DNA from: Promethearchaeota archaeon
GTDB taxonomy: Archaea; Asgardarchaeota; Lokiarchaeia; Sigyniarchaeales; SOKP01
Assembly: GCA_048937405.1 (NCBI GenBank)
Contig: JBHLNF010000002.1
Span: forward strand, 288,001-352,000
Length of the DNA stretch: 64,000 nucleotides
Reading direction: 5' to 3'
Shown: one piece after another, positions 10,820 through 21,206 of the stretch
Numbering within the stretch: position 1 is the stretch's first letter
Layout of the letters: every line of letters starts with the position of its first letter
Program-made: the position numbers and the translations under genes
The notes under the pieces: model-generated
What the model was told of the DNA's origin: nothing
Seen by the model: the letters and a program-made list of their open reading frames with translations, nothing else
Databases searched by the model: none

Positions 10820-13039
10820 ATGAGTGTGAGTGATGTTTTTTTCACAATAATTCTTAATGTTATTCCAATATTGATTTTAATTATCCCGTATTTCTTCATT
10901 CGAAAAAAATTTCTTGGAAAGTTATATTTGAGAATCTATCTGGGAATTTTAATTTTTTATGTTGTGTATTGGTTTCTCCCTATTATATTCCAAACAGATA
11001 TTTCTCCAGAAAATTTAGAGCATACGACAGATATTCAAGGTTTTGGTTTTTTGGCAGCACACTTTGGATCACTTGTTTCACTTTTCGCTTTCTATCCATT
11101 AGTTACCTTACCCTATATTTTTTTTGTAACACCTTTTATTTCTGTATTATATGTATGGAATCGATTAAGAAAAGAAGATGGTTCAACAAAATCAAACTTG
11201 ATCCATCTAACTTACCAATTTACAGAGAGTCCTGTTAAACAAATTCGCAGGAGCATTTTAAAAAGCGACTGGACAAGAGAAAAAGAAATCCTTAAACTAT
11301 TAATTGTACTTTTACCCATATCTCTTTATCTTCTGCAAGTTATTCTCTCTGTTTCAAACTTAGAGACTGATCCTGTAATTACAGGAAAAACTGCTTTAGG
11401 ATGGTTTTTAGAGATTTTATTTGTATATTTGGCAATATTTATCTTTAGTATTGAATTACTCTTTAGTTCCCAAATAGCATTAAAGGGAAGATATATCGGT
11501 GAAGACATAAGAACCCAGACATATAAAAGTTTATATACAGTTGGAGCCCCAATTTCAATATTATCTTTATTACTATTTATCGCACAATATGGTTCTTCTA
11601 TTCTTATCATTTTATACTTTTTTGCATATTTTATAATGGCTTCGGTAATTTTTATCCTATTTCTTAAGATCTTTGAACCAATCTCTATATTGATTTTTAT
11701 AAAACTAATTGATTGGTGGAAAAATAGGAAACAGAAAGTTAAAAACGTAAATTATACAAACTTTTACTATGGAATAATTATTGCTTTTATAGCCATTATA
11801 TTGTTTTTTCTTCTAAATTTAATAGCATTTCAGCCATTATTTTCAATTGGTTTTCCTGATAGTAGTAACATAATCGATTCTGCACAATTTATACCATCAG
11901 TGAATCCTACTTTATCTTCTGCAATTTCTTTTGATCTTATGATAGTTTTTAATTTCATTATTTTAGAACTATTCCCCATAATCATTATGGCAGGACTTTT
12001 AGCGTATATTCTGAAATATATGAAAAGCACTTTCTTAGGACTTATAATTTATTTTATGGTTATAATATCATTTTCAGCTCTCCTAAGTCTTCTTGGAATA
12101 CCTTCATTAATTAATTTTACTCCAGAGGAATATTGGATCACAGGGCAAACCAGCTATACTACCATTCTTAATTTTAATTTTTATACTCTTCGCTCTGCAG
12201 CATTAGATGCTAACTTAAAAGGAGTATTAGGAGCTTTAGCACTTCCATATCTGTATACCAGATATGTATTTAATATCATAATTTGGAGCTTAATGATATT
12301 TTATAGTAGAAAGCTATTTAAAACCAAAAATATTCCTCTTGATGATAAAAACATAGAAAAAGTTGTATTTACGACTCTTACCGATTATCTCTCCTTTGAT
12401 GAATATGATCAAGGAAGTTCAGAAATCCTAATTTCAAGAAAAAAAGATTTCTATGGAAAAGAACTCGAACTAGAACGAGAAGAAGTAAAAGAACTATTGA
12501 ATAATCTGAACGAGGACAAATTTTTAGATGTTCTTAGGCCTGAAGATGAAAATGAGAGAAAAAGATTCTTTTTCACTTTAAAATATCTCTTTCAAAAGAA
12601 TTTAATCGATATATGGGAACCAGAATTCAAGTATACGTTTGAAAAAGTTGAAAAACAAGGACTTTATATTATATATGGGGACGGGAGAGGTGTTTTTAAT
12701 TATGCTTTTAAGAGTGAAGAAGCTCAAGATCCCGGATTGGTATCTGGAATGTTCTCTGCAATCACAGCATTTATTAAAGAAATGACTAAATCGACAGAAA
12801 CTTTAAAAAAAATTGACCACGGAGATATTACAATACTTCTTGAATATGGAGAAAGAATATTTGGAGCATTATTTATAAAAGGTATTCAAAGCTCAGAAAT
12901 ACGAGCTCCTCTGAAAGAATTTATCCAGAAATTTGAAGCAAAATACAAAAATATATTGAAAGATTGGACAGGAGCTCTCCAACATTTTGAAAGTGAAGAA
13001 GATAATAGACTTATAGAAGAGATTTTTAAAGAAGTCTAA
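10820..13039 (+). CDS. Multi-pass membrane protein with C-terminal longin/roadblock-like domain
   Basis: About 12 TM segments, then soluble GLYIIYGDGRGVF...DPGLVSGMFSAITAFIKE, typical of Asgard longin-like domains. Confidence 0.75.
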   Translation: MSVSDVFFTIILNVIPILILIIPYFFIRKKFLGKLYLRIYLGILIFYVVYWFLPIIFQTDISPENLEHTTDIQGFGFLAAHFGSLVSLFAFYPLVTLPYIFFVTPFISVLYVWNRLRKEDGSTKSNLIHLTYQFTESPVKQIRRSILKSDWTREKEILKLLIVLLPISLYLLQVILSVSNLETDPVITGKTALGWFLEILFVYLAIFIFSIELLFSSQIALKGRYIGEDIRTQTYKSLYTVGAPISILSLLLFIAQYGSSILIILYFFAYFIMASVIFILFLKIFEPISILIFIKLIDWWKNRKQKVKNVNYTNFYYGIIIAFIAIILFFLLNLIAFQPLFSIGFPDSSNIIDSAQFIPSVNPTLSSAISFDLMIVFNFIILELFPIIIMAGLLAYILKYMKSTFLGLIIYFMVIISFSALLSLLGIPSLINFTPEEYWITGQTSYTTILNFNFYTLRSAALDANLKGVLGALALPYLYTRYVFNIIIWSLMIFYSRKLFKTKNIPLDDKNIEKVVFTTLTDYLSFDEYDQGSSEILISRKKDFYGKELELEREEVKELLNNLNEDKFLDVLRPEDENERKRFFFTLKYLFQKNLIDIWEPEFKYTFEKVEKQGLYIIYGDGRGVFNYAFKSEEAQDPGLVSGMFSAITAFIKEMTKSTETLKKIDHGDITILLEYGERIFGALFIKGIQSSEIRAPLKEFIQKFEAKYKNILKDWTGALQHFESEEDNRLIEEIFKEV

Positions 13040-13215
13040 AAAAGATATTTTAATAATATTTTAAAATTCAGAAATTATGATTTTCTATGATTTTTAGAGC
13101 TCTACTAAAAAAATAATATTTATCATAGTTGGTGGAGAGAAGAAGTATTTTATATAATAAAGTTTTATTATATTTTGAATAAATTTTAGATGAAATAGGA
13201 GTTAAATGATGTATC

Positions 13216-13899
13216 ATGGATATTCTCAATATTATAAAAATAACTACAGCAATAATCTCTGTCTCTTTAGCATTAGTAATTGGAATTAATGTGTTATTTT
13301 TAAATCCAGATAATTTATTAAATAAATGGTTTTCCTTATTTTTCTTTTCAGCTTCAGGAGGATTCTTGACATATACAATTTACCATTTAGAAACCACTAA
13401 TGCCAACATTATTATTCCCCTTATGATAACAACTCAAATTCTTTACAATATTATCTTTATATCTTTAGTAATGACCATATTTGTATTAGAAAAATATAAA
13501 GATATCGCAATGAGTTTCAGGTATCTTGGAATAATGATCGTTATATTAATTATAATGAGTTTTGGGTATTTTATTTGGGTTCCTGAATTAAACATGGAAG
13601 ATTTTGAACAGGGGATTGTTAATACCGAAACTCCAAGAGTCTGGTTTATTTTTGTGAATATTATCAGGATAGCTTTAGCTATATATGTTGTATATAAATA
13701 TGGTATGATGACAAGAAAGGTTGGAGAAGAAACTAAAAAACGGATTCAATGGCTCTTTCTAGCAGTATTTATAGTTATTTTAGGACTTTTACTCAATTTA
13801 ATTGGGGGATTATTTGAATCAATTTTCGTTGAGATTTTTGCTATGATAGCATTTGATTTCGGGCTAATTGTATTATTTAAAGGCTTTTTAATCAAATAA
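13216..13899 (+). CDS. Seven-TM membrane sensor-like protein (HisKA_7TM-like), no output domain
   Basis: Seven hydrophobic helices, NPDNLLNKWF after TM1. Confidence 0.6.
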   Translation: MDILNIIKITTAIISVSLALVIGINVLFLNPDNLLNKWFSLFFFSASGGFLTYTIYHLETTNANIIIPLMITTQILYNIIFISLVMTIFVLEKYKDIAMSFRYLGIMIVILIIMSFGYFIWVPELNMEDFEQGIVNTETPRVWFIFVNIIRIALAIYVVYKYGMMTRKVGEETKKRIQWLFLAVFIVILGLLLNLIGGLFESIFVEIFAMIAFDFGLIVLFKGFLIK

Positions 13900-13987
13900 A
13901 TGTGTTCGATTTTTTACTATTTCATGTACCTCTCTCAAATAGGTCCTCGATTTTTGACTTGTGAGTTATAATAGATTAAATTATTTT

Positions 13988-14449
13988 CTATTTTCTAAAA
14001 ATTGATTTAATACGATCCTCTATATTTAATCTTAGATCTCCAAGAATATCATTCATATGGGGTACAAATGCTTTAAAATACTTAGGATCCTTGAAAAAAA
14101 TATCCTTGAGAGAATACATCCTAAGAAATTGAGATAGTAATTCTTCTAAGCGACTTTTTACCAACTTACGATTTGTACCTCTCTCAGAAATGGCGAATAA
14201 TAATAAAGGTTGTGGTTTACTGTCAGGTTTATCTAAAAACTGAATCATTGCGTAATGACAGATAATTTCAAAGTCCTTTAGGGATATAACATTAATCTCA
14301 TCATCAAAAACTTCTGTGATAAAATCCTTTAAACCAGCTAAAAATCTAGCTCGTACATTAGGATCCAAAATTTTATCCGAAGATAAATGATACTTAATAT
14401 CAACTAAGTTTTTCTCACCGAGGTTAACTCCAACTTCTACTACTACCAT
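13988..14449 (-). CDS. Longin-like domain protein
   Basis: DPNVRARFLAGLKDFITEVF helix and longin-like beta/alpha pattern. Confidence 0.55.
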   Translation of the reverse strand: MVVVEVGVNLGEKNLVDIKYHLSSDKILDPNVRARFLAGLKDFITEVFDDEINVISLKDFEIICHYAMIQFLDKPDSKPQPLLLFAISERGTNRKLVKSRLEELLSQFLRMYSLKDIFFKDPKYFKAFVPHMNDILGDLRLNIEDRIKSIFRK

Positions 14450-14663
14450 AAAAAAAGAACTTAGAGGGTTATAGGCTATTTTATATCAATATATTCTTTT
14501 ATTACAATAATTAATTATTAGCATATTTATAATTTTATTTAATACCCCTATTTTCTAAAAAAAGATTTTCCCATGATTCTTAAAAAGATTTTTATGCAAA
14601 CAGAAATTCTGTGAAGAATGTGGAGTAGATCTTAATGAAATATGTTAAAGAACACAAAAAAAA

Positions 14664-14733
14664 AAATAGGATAAAAATTCACAGCTGTCGATTCTATTCC
14701 AAATAGAATCTATGTGAATGGGATTTCCTATTT
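14664..14733. other. Long three-stem hairpin (structured RNA or terminator candidate)
   Basis: AAATAGGA/TCCTATTT, ATTCACA/TGTGAAT and GATTCTATT/AATAGAATC nested around a CCA loop. Confidence 0.6.
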
Positions 14734-14807
14734 ATACCATTGGTTAAGAAATTTAATAATTATATAAATTAAATTATAGAATATGAATTTTCGATTTTTA
14801 GTGGAAA

Positions 14808-15881
14808 TTACTTAAGATTTTTCCTTTTTGCCTTAATTACTGCCTTTCCCATTTCCCTCACTCTATCGAATGGTGCTTCTCCATCTTCTCTCAATCGCAT
14901 TTTTATTGCTTCTTCAGGACAAGCTGTAGCGCATAGACCACATCCAAGACATTTCTCTCTGGATACAACAGCGATATTATCCAATTCTATAGCTCCAACA
15001 GGACAACGTTCAACACAAGTTCCACAACTAACACAGAGTTCTTCATCAATAATTGATTCAAACATGGCATTCAAAAACTCATGTCTATCTAATCCTTTTT
15101 CAGTAATTCCTTTCATTGTAAGACAACAACAAGGGCAACAATTACAGATATTTGATAGGTGTTTGGAATTAGCTCCCGCATGTATGCAACCTGCTTCGTC
15201 TGTTTCTTTAATGATTCTTATTGCTTCATCAGCGGAGATTTTCCTTCCAATACCATTTTCAATATAATATTCAGCAGCTACACCAAAACTAAGACAAGAT
15301 TCAATAGGACGATCACATCCTATACCATTCAATTTCGCCTCCTTTCGACATATGCAATCTGCTACAGAAATCACTCGTGCGTTTCTAATACTTTCCTTTA
15401 ATTTATGATAAGGATAAAGAGTAGTATTTGGTTCAATCATTTCTTCAATAGGAACTACTTTAAATCCTGGAACACCGCTAATTCCCATTTCTTCTTGATA
15501 TGCTGTATCATAATATTCCTTATAATATTTAGCAAGCTCTTTATCTATTTTATTAACAGAATATTCGTATATACCTATCATAAAAGGCGCTGCGTTGTAC
15601 AAAGTATTATTATTTCTTCGAATTTTAAAAATTAAACCCTTTTTCGCCATCGAATCTAACTTATTTTCTAAATTAATAACTTCCATTCCAGTTCTTTTAG
15701 CAATTTCACTAACTTCTTCCGGAATGCGAGTCAACATTATTGTTAATTTCGCTTCTTCTTCAGTAAAGAGCCTTTTTAAAATTTTAATTTCAACTCCAGA
15801 TGGAGTTTCGGGGTAACCTAAAGGAAATTGATTTAAGAATTCTCTTAACTTTAAATACGCTTCATCAGACATTCTGATCAA
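14808..15881 (-). CDS. 4Fe-4S dicluster protein with N-terminal wHTH
   Basis: CVSCGTCVERCP and CLGCGLCATACP, plus CICR and NICNCCPCCC. Confidence 0.88.
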   Translation of the reverse strand: MIRMSDEAYLKLREFLNQFPLGYPETPSGVEIKILKRLFTEEEAKLTIMLTRIPEEVSEIAKRTGMEVINLENKLDSMAKKGLIFKIRRNNNTLYNAAPFMIGIYEYSVNKIDKELAKYYKEYYDTAYQEEMGISGVPGFKVVPIEEMIEPNTTLYPYHKLKESIRNARVISVADCICRKEAKLNGIGCDRPIESCLSFGVAAEYYIENGIGRKISADEAIRIIKETDEAGCIHAGANSKHLSNICNCCPCCCLTMKGITEKGLDRHEFLNAMFESIIDEELCVSCGTCVERCPVGAIELDNIAVVSREKCLGCGLCATACPEEAIKMRLREDGEAPFDRVREMGKAVIKAKRKNLK

Positions 15882-16169
15882 CTATCTGATAAATTGTTTC
15901 ACTTTTTAATAGTTAACTATTTTTGAATTTTTACATGAAATTTTCTTTTAGAGGTTTATCATGAATTAAGTAAATAAGCCTAAAACTTTTTCAAATTCAT
16001 ATCATTCATTTTGAAAACAAAAAATAATTGTTTAAAATAGAAAAAAGATTATTCAGTATACTTTTTTTTGAGCTTTATATGTTTTATGGAGCAATAACAA
16101 TTCTATAATTCTTATTTAATTATTGTAGCATTCTTAGCAATTTTATTTAGTTTAAGTAGTGAAGATTAA

Positions 16170-19100
16170 TTATCTTAAGATTTCCTCATAAAGTTTCAGG
16201 ACGAAACCTTCAAAATCATCTTTTGTAAATTTGACATTCAGCATATGCCATAATAACCGAGGAATATCATCATCATCTTCATAAATAGGAATAATTTTCA
16301 TTAATCCTTTTTTAACCATTTGATAAGCTGACTGCCATTCTCCTTTTACAGCTTCAGATTTCATAGAATTCTTAGAACAAAATAAAATGAATGTGTTGGT
16401 CTTTTTCAGAGCCTCCTCCATATATTCAACAATATTTTGTTTGCTATCCGCTTTCCAGAATAAGACTTCTCCTATTTCAGGATATAATTCTAAACGGCTA
16501 AAAACTTTTGGGATTTGAAAGTAATCAGAATCTATTGTAGCATAACTTAAAAAAATATTATATTTCGCAATTTTTTCCTTTTCTGGTATAGGCGTGACTC
16601 GTTTTAACTTAAGGGATTTAGAACTTGAGAAATAATCACCATAAATTTCTTTCTTATTGATCATATCCTCAATTACAGTTTCGATTAATTCTTCATTTTG
16701 AATTCCAGTTCTCTCACTGATATCTGTCAGTTGTAAAAGAGTATATTCCCCACCTAATGCTAAAATTGTCTGCTTAATTTTAGAAATAGTTTCTGCTTCT
16801 GATTTTCTATACAAAATTATCTTTTCTTCAATTATGTTTACAATTTTTGATAAATTATACACCTGAGCTGCTTTTTGAATTGCAATTAATGCCTTAATAG
16901 ATTTATCAAATTTGCTTTCCTTGATCAGGTCCTCAATTAATTTGAGACTTTTCTTTAGATTTTTTAAATTTTTAACTTCATTTTCTCCAAATTTAAAGAC
17001 CAACTTCTCTTCTTGTTCTGTTTTTGGAACAAACAATTTTTTCTTCCATACTAAAACACCCGTTACGCTTAAAACAGCAATAATACTGATGATAATAATT
17101 ATTATGATTTCGATTGGAACTTGAGTCCCACCTCCAATTGAAAGATTATTATCAGAAATTATATTACCTATGCTCTTTCCTTCCTGTTTAATTGCTCCCT
17201 TATGATTATCTCTCAAATCATTATAGGTTACATTATTATAACTAGAATTCTCTAAATAAATTCCAAATTCGCTATTAAAGTTTATTGTATTATTGCTGAT
17301 TTTATTATAATCACTTAGCCGTAAATGAATCCCATATCTCTTATTATGATTTATAGTCTCATCATTGTATTTAATGGAGATATTTTTACAATTTGATAAG
17401 AGAATCCCATTATAACTATTATTATTTACAGTACTATGCGAAATTGTAATGTTTTCACATGAATCTAAAAAGATACCACTTCCAAAATTCTGGGAACAAT
17501 TATTAGAGAATAATCGTCCATTATTTGCCAATTTTAATTTAAGTCCTGCCATATTTTCAGAACTACCTGAACTATAAAATATACAATCTCTAATTACAAA
17601 ATAGGAACTAGTATTACTAATTTCTAAGCCGCTAGAAGAATTATGACCATCAATTATTATATTTTCAATCACATAAGGATCAGCTGAAGTCCCAGAACCA
17701 GTACATAATCCTAAATTAAATGCTTCAGTCCAGTTATAAGTTCCCGTCCCTAAATCGTCAATTATAAAAGGTGGAAGAAGCCATATTCCTACTCGTTTTA
17801 TGACTCGAAGTACTTGAGTTTGAATATGACCCGCAGTATCATTCGCATAAAATGTAATAATAATTAACCCATTTCCAAACAAATTCCATTGTTCTTGCAT
17901 AATATTCCCATTCCAATCAAATTTGTCAGACGTTACCGCACTATTTTGTAATGTAAACCATGTGTGTTCTAAATTGGGATCAGTAATACTCACATTAATA
18001 GAGGGAGGAGTAGTTGCAAATTTTTCATAGTCCTCTGGTGAATTAATCGTAATAACTGGCTTTGTATCATCTCCATCACTATAAATTGGTAAATAATCAA
18101 TAACCCCATTCTTGCTATAAGGAGTATCTCCTATCCCATCATCGTTCAAATCGGAACCACTATAATCACTCCAGGAATTCCCTATTATAGAATTATTCCA
18201 ATCATTATTACCATTATCAATTGCGTTTATATCATTATCCAAAGTATTATTATAAAAGAGATTATCTTGACAATCACTAGTAGATATATATATTCCATAT
18301 AAATTATTACTAGAGATGCTATTCCCTGATAACGTGTTATCGTCGCAATTATCCCCTAAATATATTCCGTGGTTTGTGTTGTTATTTGAAACATTTTCAG
18401 AGATGTTGTTCTTTTTGCAATTGTTGGTCAAAAATAATCCACTGTCTTTATTGCTACTTACATTATTGTTCGAGATGGTGTTATTACTACTAAATTCTAA
18501 ATATATTCCATAGTTTGTGTTATTATTTGCATTATTTCCTGAGATTTGATTATTATTGCAATTATTCCCTAAACTAATCCCAATTCCATTGTTGTTAGTA
18601 GTATTATTCGAGATTATATTATCAACATTACCATTACTTAAAGCTATTCCAGCTGTGTTGTTAAACGCAGTGTTTCCTGAGATATTGTTATTATAACAAT
18701 TCATCCCCAAAAGAATCCCGGCATAATTATTTATTGCGGTGTTTTCCAAGAACTTGTTATTACTACTAGAAGATAAAAATATCCCATAATTGTTTTTAAT
18801 AAAAAAGTTTCCCGATAAATTATTATCGCTAGAATCTTCCATATATACCGCATAGAATGTGTTGTTAATAAAGGTATTTCCCAATAAAATGATATTATAA
18901 CCATAAAATAATGATATTCCGAATCTATTATTTAAAAAATCATTATTTATCAAACTTCCATTGCCCGTACCATACAAACAGATTCCTGCATAAAGAAAAA
19001 AACTTCCTGCATTATGGACTTTACAATTTTTTATGGTAAAATAAACGTTTGAATTTTGAATTGTAATACATGCTTCGGATCCTCCTCCATCAATCTCTAA

Positions 19101-20897
19101 ACCATCAATGATATATGGATCAAAATAGGTTCCTGAACCCGAAACCCATGCTTTTAGTTTGGCTATTTGACTCCAATTATTTAAACCTGGACCCGAATCG
19201 TCAATATTAATTATTTCTCCTTCATAAACAGGACTTTCTACTAGTGGAAAATAATCTATACTACCTGCAGTTCCATTAATCGATATATATTCGGTATCAA
19301 CAATGTTATCAGTGTTATCGTCAGGGGATGTGTGATTATCCCAATAATTACCAACAATCGAATTATTCCAGTGATTATTGATGCCCGTGTCGCTCGCATG
19401 CCATTTATTGTTTTCTTTCAGAGCATTATGATAGATTAAATTATTCTGACTACTAATATCATCTATTTGAATTCCATTAATTAGATTACTTTTGATAAGA
19501 TTTCCCACAATGGTGTTATTACTACTAGAGGATAAATAAATTCCGTTTTCCGTATTGTTATTTACAATATTTCCGGATATGGTGTTATTATCACTAGAGG
19601 ATAAATAAATTCCATTTTCCGTATTGTTATTTACAATATTTCCTGATATGGTGTTATTATTTCCTGAGGAAATATATATCCCACTCTTAATATTATTAGT
19701 TGCATTATTTTCTGAAACAATATTGGAAGAGCTATCATACAATAATTTAATCCCGCATTCTGTGTTATTGTTTACGTTATTTTCTGAGATGTTATTATTC
19801 TTGTTATCGGTACTTAAACAAATTCCAACTTGATTGTTATTAACAGTGTTGTTTGAGATAGTGTTATCACTACTAAGTTGAATACTTATCCCACAATCTG
19901 AGTTGTTGTTTACACTGTTTCCAAAGATAACATTATTATTGGAACTGGTTACAATTATCCCGCATTCTGTGTTATTGTTTAAATCATTTCCTATGATGAA
20001 GCTATTATTGGTGTATATCCATATCCCTCTTCTATTCTTGTTTGCAATATTTCCTGTGACAGTAGTGTAATCGCAATATGCCCATAACTCTATCCCTTCA
20101 TAAAAATTTTCATATACGGTATTTTCTGAAACGGTATTATATTCACTCCAATATATATCAATACCATATTTGTTGTTATTTGCGGTGTTTTGTGAGAAAG
20201 TGTTATTATTACTAAAATTTATATTTATCCCACACATTGAGTTGTTGTTTGCTGTGTTTCCTGAAACGATGTTATTGTAACTAGAGGATAAAAATATCCC
20301 ATCGGACGTGTTGTTATTTACGATGTTTTTCGAGATTGTGTTACTTTGACTTGAGGATAAATATATTCCATCGTAAGTGTTGTTATTTACAGTGTTTTCC
20401 GAGATTGTATTATTATTACAACTATTAAACAACCAAATACCATTACCTCCATTATAAGAACAATTGTTTTTGAATAAGTTTCCGTTGTTGGTATTTCTCA
20501 ATTTGATTGCAGCATCCTCATGATCTATTCCTGCGTTGAAAATTGTAACATTTCTGATGACAAAGTAAACATTTTTAGAATTTTCTATGAAAATTCCATT
20601 TCCCGTAGGTGAACTGGATGCATCAATTGTGACATTTTCGATAACATAGGGATTGCTCCATGAACCATCACCATTACACCAATCGTTTAACGATGTAAGG
20701 GACCAGTTATCATTAATATGGATATACGTAAGTTCCCAAGAATTTGACTTCTTAAGGTTTTTTAAATTAATATCATCTGAATCTGTTGAATTTGACATAT
20801 TGTAAATATATAGATTATTTAACAACAATATTGTCATCAAAAAAATGAAGCTTGTTATTAACACATATTTCCTACCGATTTTTTTTTTCAATTTCAT
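16170..20897 (-). CDS. Single-pass receptor-like protein: NosD/parallel beta-helix ectodomain, Ig-like, TM, PCI-like and TIR domains
   Basis: Signal anchor, three Asn-rich GIYL-x-SS-x-NN-ISGN solenoids, TM IIIIIIISIIAVLSVTGVLVW-KKK, C-terminal IFLSYA...FILFCSKNSMKSEAVKGEW...IIPIY (TIR). Confidence 0.88.
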   Translation of the reverse strand: MKLKKKIGRKYVLITSFIFLMTILLLNNLYIYNMSNSTDSDDINLKNLKKSNSWELTYIHINDNWSLTSLNDWCNGDGSWSNPYVIENVTIDASSSPTGNGIFIENSKNVYFVIRNVTIFNAGIDHEDAAIKLRNTNNGNLFKNNCSYNGGNGIWLFNSCNNNTISENTVNNNTYDGIYLSSSQSNTISKNIVNNNTSDGIFLSSSYNNIVSGNTANNNSMCGININFSNNNTFSQNTANNNKYGIDIYWSEYNTVSENTVYENFYEGIELWAYCDYTTVTGNIANKNRRGIWIYTNNSFIIGNDLNNNTECGIIVTSSNNNVIFGNSVNNNSDCGISIQLSSDNTISNNTVNNNQVGICLSTDNKNNNISENNVNNNTECGIKLLYDSSSNIVSENNATNNIKSGIYISSGNNNTISGNIVNNNTENGIYLSSSDNNTISGNIVNNNTENGIYLSSSSNNTIVGNLIKSNLINGIQIDDISSQNNLIYHNALKENNKWHASDTGINNHWNNSIVGNYWDNHTSPDDNTDNIVDTEYISINGTAGSIDYFPLVESPVYEGEIINIDDSGPGLNNWSQIAKLKAWVSGSGTYFDPYIIDGLEIDGGGSEACITIQNSNVYFTIKNCKVHNAGSFFLYAGICLYGTGNGSLINNDFLNNRFGISLFYGYNIILLGNTFINNTFYAVYMEDSSDNNLSGNFFIKNNYGIFLSSSSNNKFLENTAINNYAGILLGMNCYNNNISGNTAFNNTAGIALSNGNVDNIISNNTTNNNGIGISLGNNCNNNQISGNNANNNTNYGIYLEFSSNNTISNNNVSSNKDSGLFLTNNCKKNNISENVSNNNTNHGIYLGDNCDDNTLSGNSISSNNLYGIYISTSDCQDNLFYNNTLDNDINAIDNGNNDWNNSIIGNSWSDYSGSDLNDDGIGDTPYSKNGVIDYLPIYSDGDDTKPVITINSPEDYEKFATTPPSINVSITDPNLEHTWFTLQNSAVTSDKFDWNGNIMQEQWNLFGNGLIIITFYANDTAGHIQTQVLRVIKRVGIWLLPPFIIDDLGTGTYNWTEAFNLGLCTGSGTSADPYVIENIIIDGHNSSSGLEISNTSSYFVIRDCIFYSSGSSENMAGLKLKLANNGRLFSNNCSQNFGSGIFLDSCENITISHSTVNNNSYNGILLSNCKNISIKYNDETINHNKRYGIHLRLSDYNKISNNTINFNSEFGIYLENSSYNNVTYNDLRDNHKGAIKQEGKSIGNIISDNNLSIGGGTQVPIEIIIIIIISIIAVLSVTGVLVWKKKLFVPKTEQEEKLVFKFGENEVKNLKNLKKSLKLIEDLIKESKFDKSIKALIAIQKAAQVYNLSKIVNIIEEKIILYRKSEAETISKIKQTILALGGEYTLLQLTDISERTGIQNEELIETVIEDMINKKEIYGDYFSSSKSLKLKRVTPIPEKEKIAKYNIFLSYATIDSDYFQIPKVFSRLELYPEIGEVLFWKADSKQNIVEYMEEALKKTNTFILFCSKNSMKSEAVKGEWQSAYQMVKKGLMKIIPIYEDDDDIPRLLWHMLNVKFTKDDFEGFVLKLYEEILR
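19510..19659. repeat. 69-bp intragenic tandem duplication (one 23-aa beta-helix rung)
   Basis: TGGTGTTATTA recurs at 19511, 19580 and 19649 with near-identical intervening DNA. Confidence 0.85.
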
Positions 20898-21206
20898 TTA
20901 AATTCCACCTATTTCACCCTTATTTTATCCCTTATCATTAAATAGTGTTAATTTGCATTTTGAACTCGTGGTAAATGGTATTTTTAGATTTCTTTTTATA
21001 ATTTACTTATAAAATTCTCTAGCTTATAAATATCTTTATTTTCCTATTAGAAGATAGATTTAATTCATTCTTTTAAAAAAGATAAGGTATAAAATTCTGG
21101 AGAACTCAAATTAATAAGATCATCTGGCATAAAATAATGTTAAAACATATATACATTATTTTGATTTTTTCCACGTTATTCTTCTTTATCGTATAACTAT
21201 AATCCT

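Noticed and set aside
14664-14733. SECIS element / selenoprotein
   Set aside because: No UGA...GA kink-turn core, and no in-frame TGA seen in the adjacent Fe-S gene.
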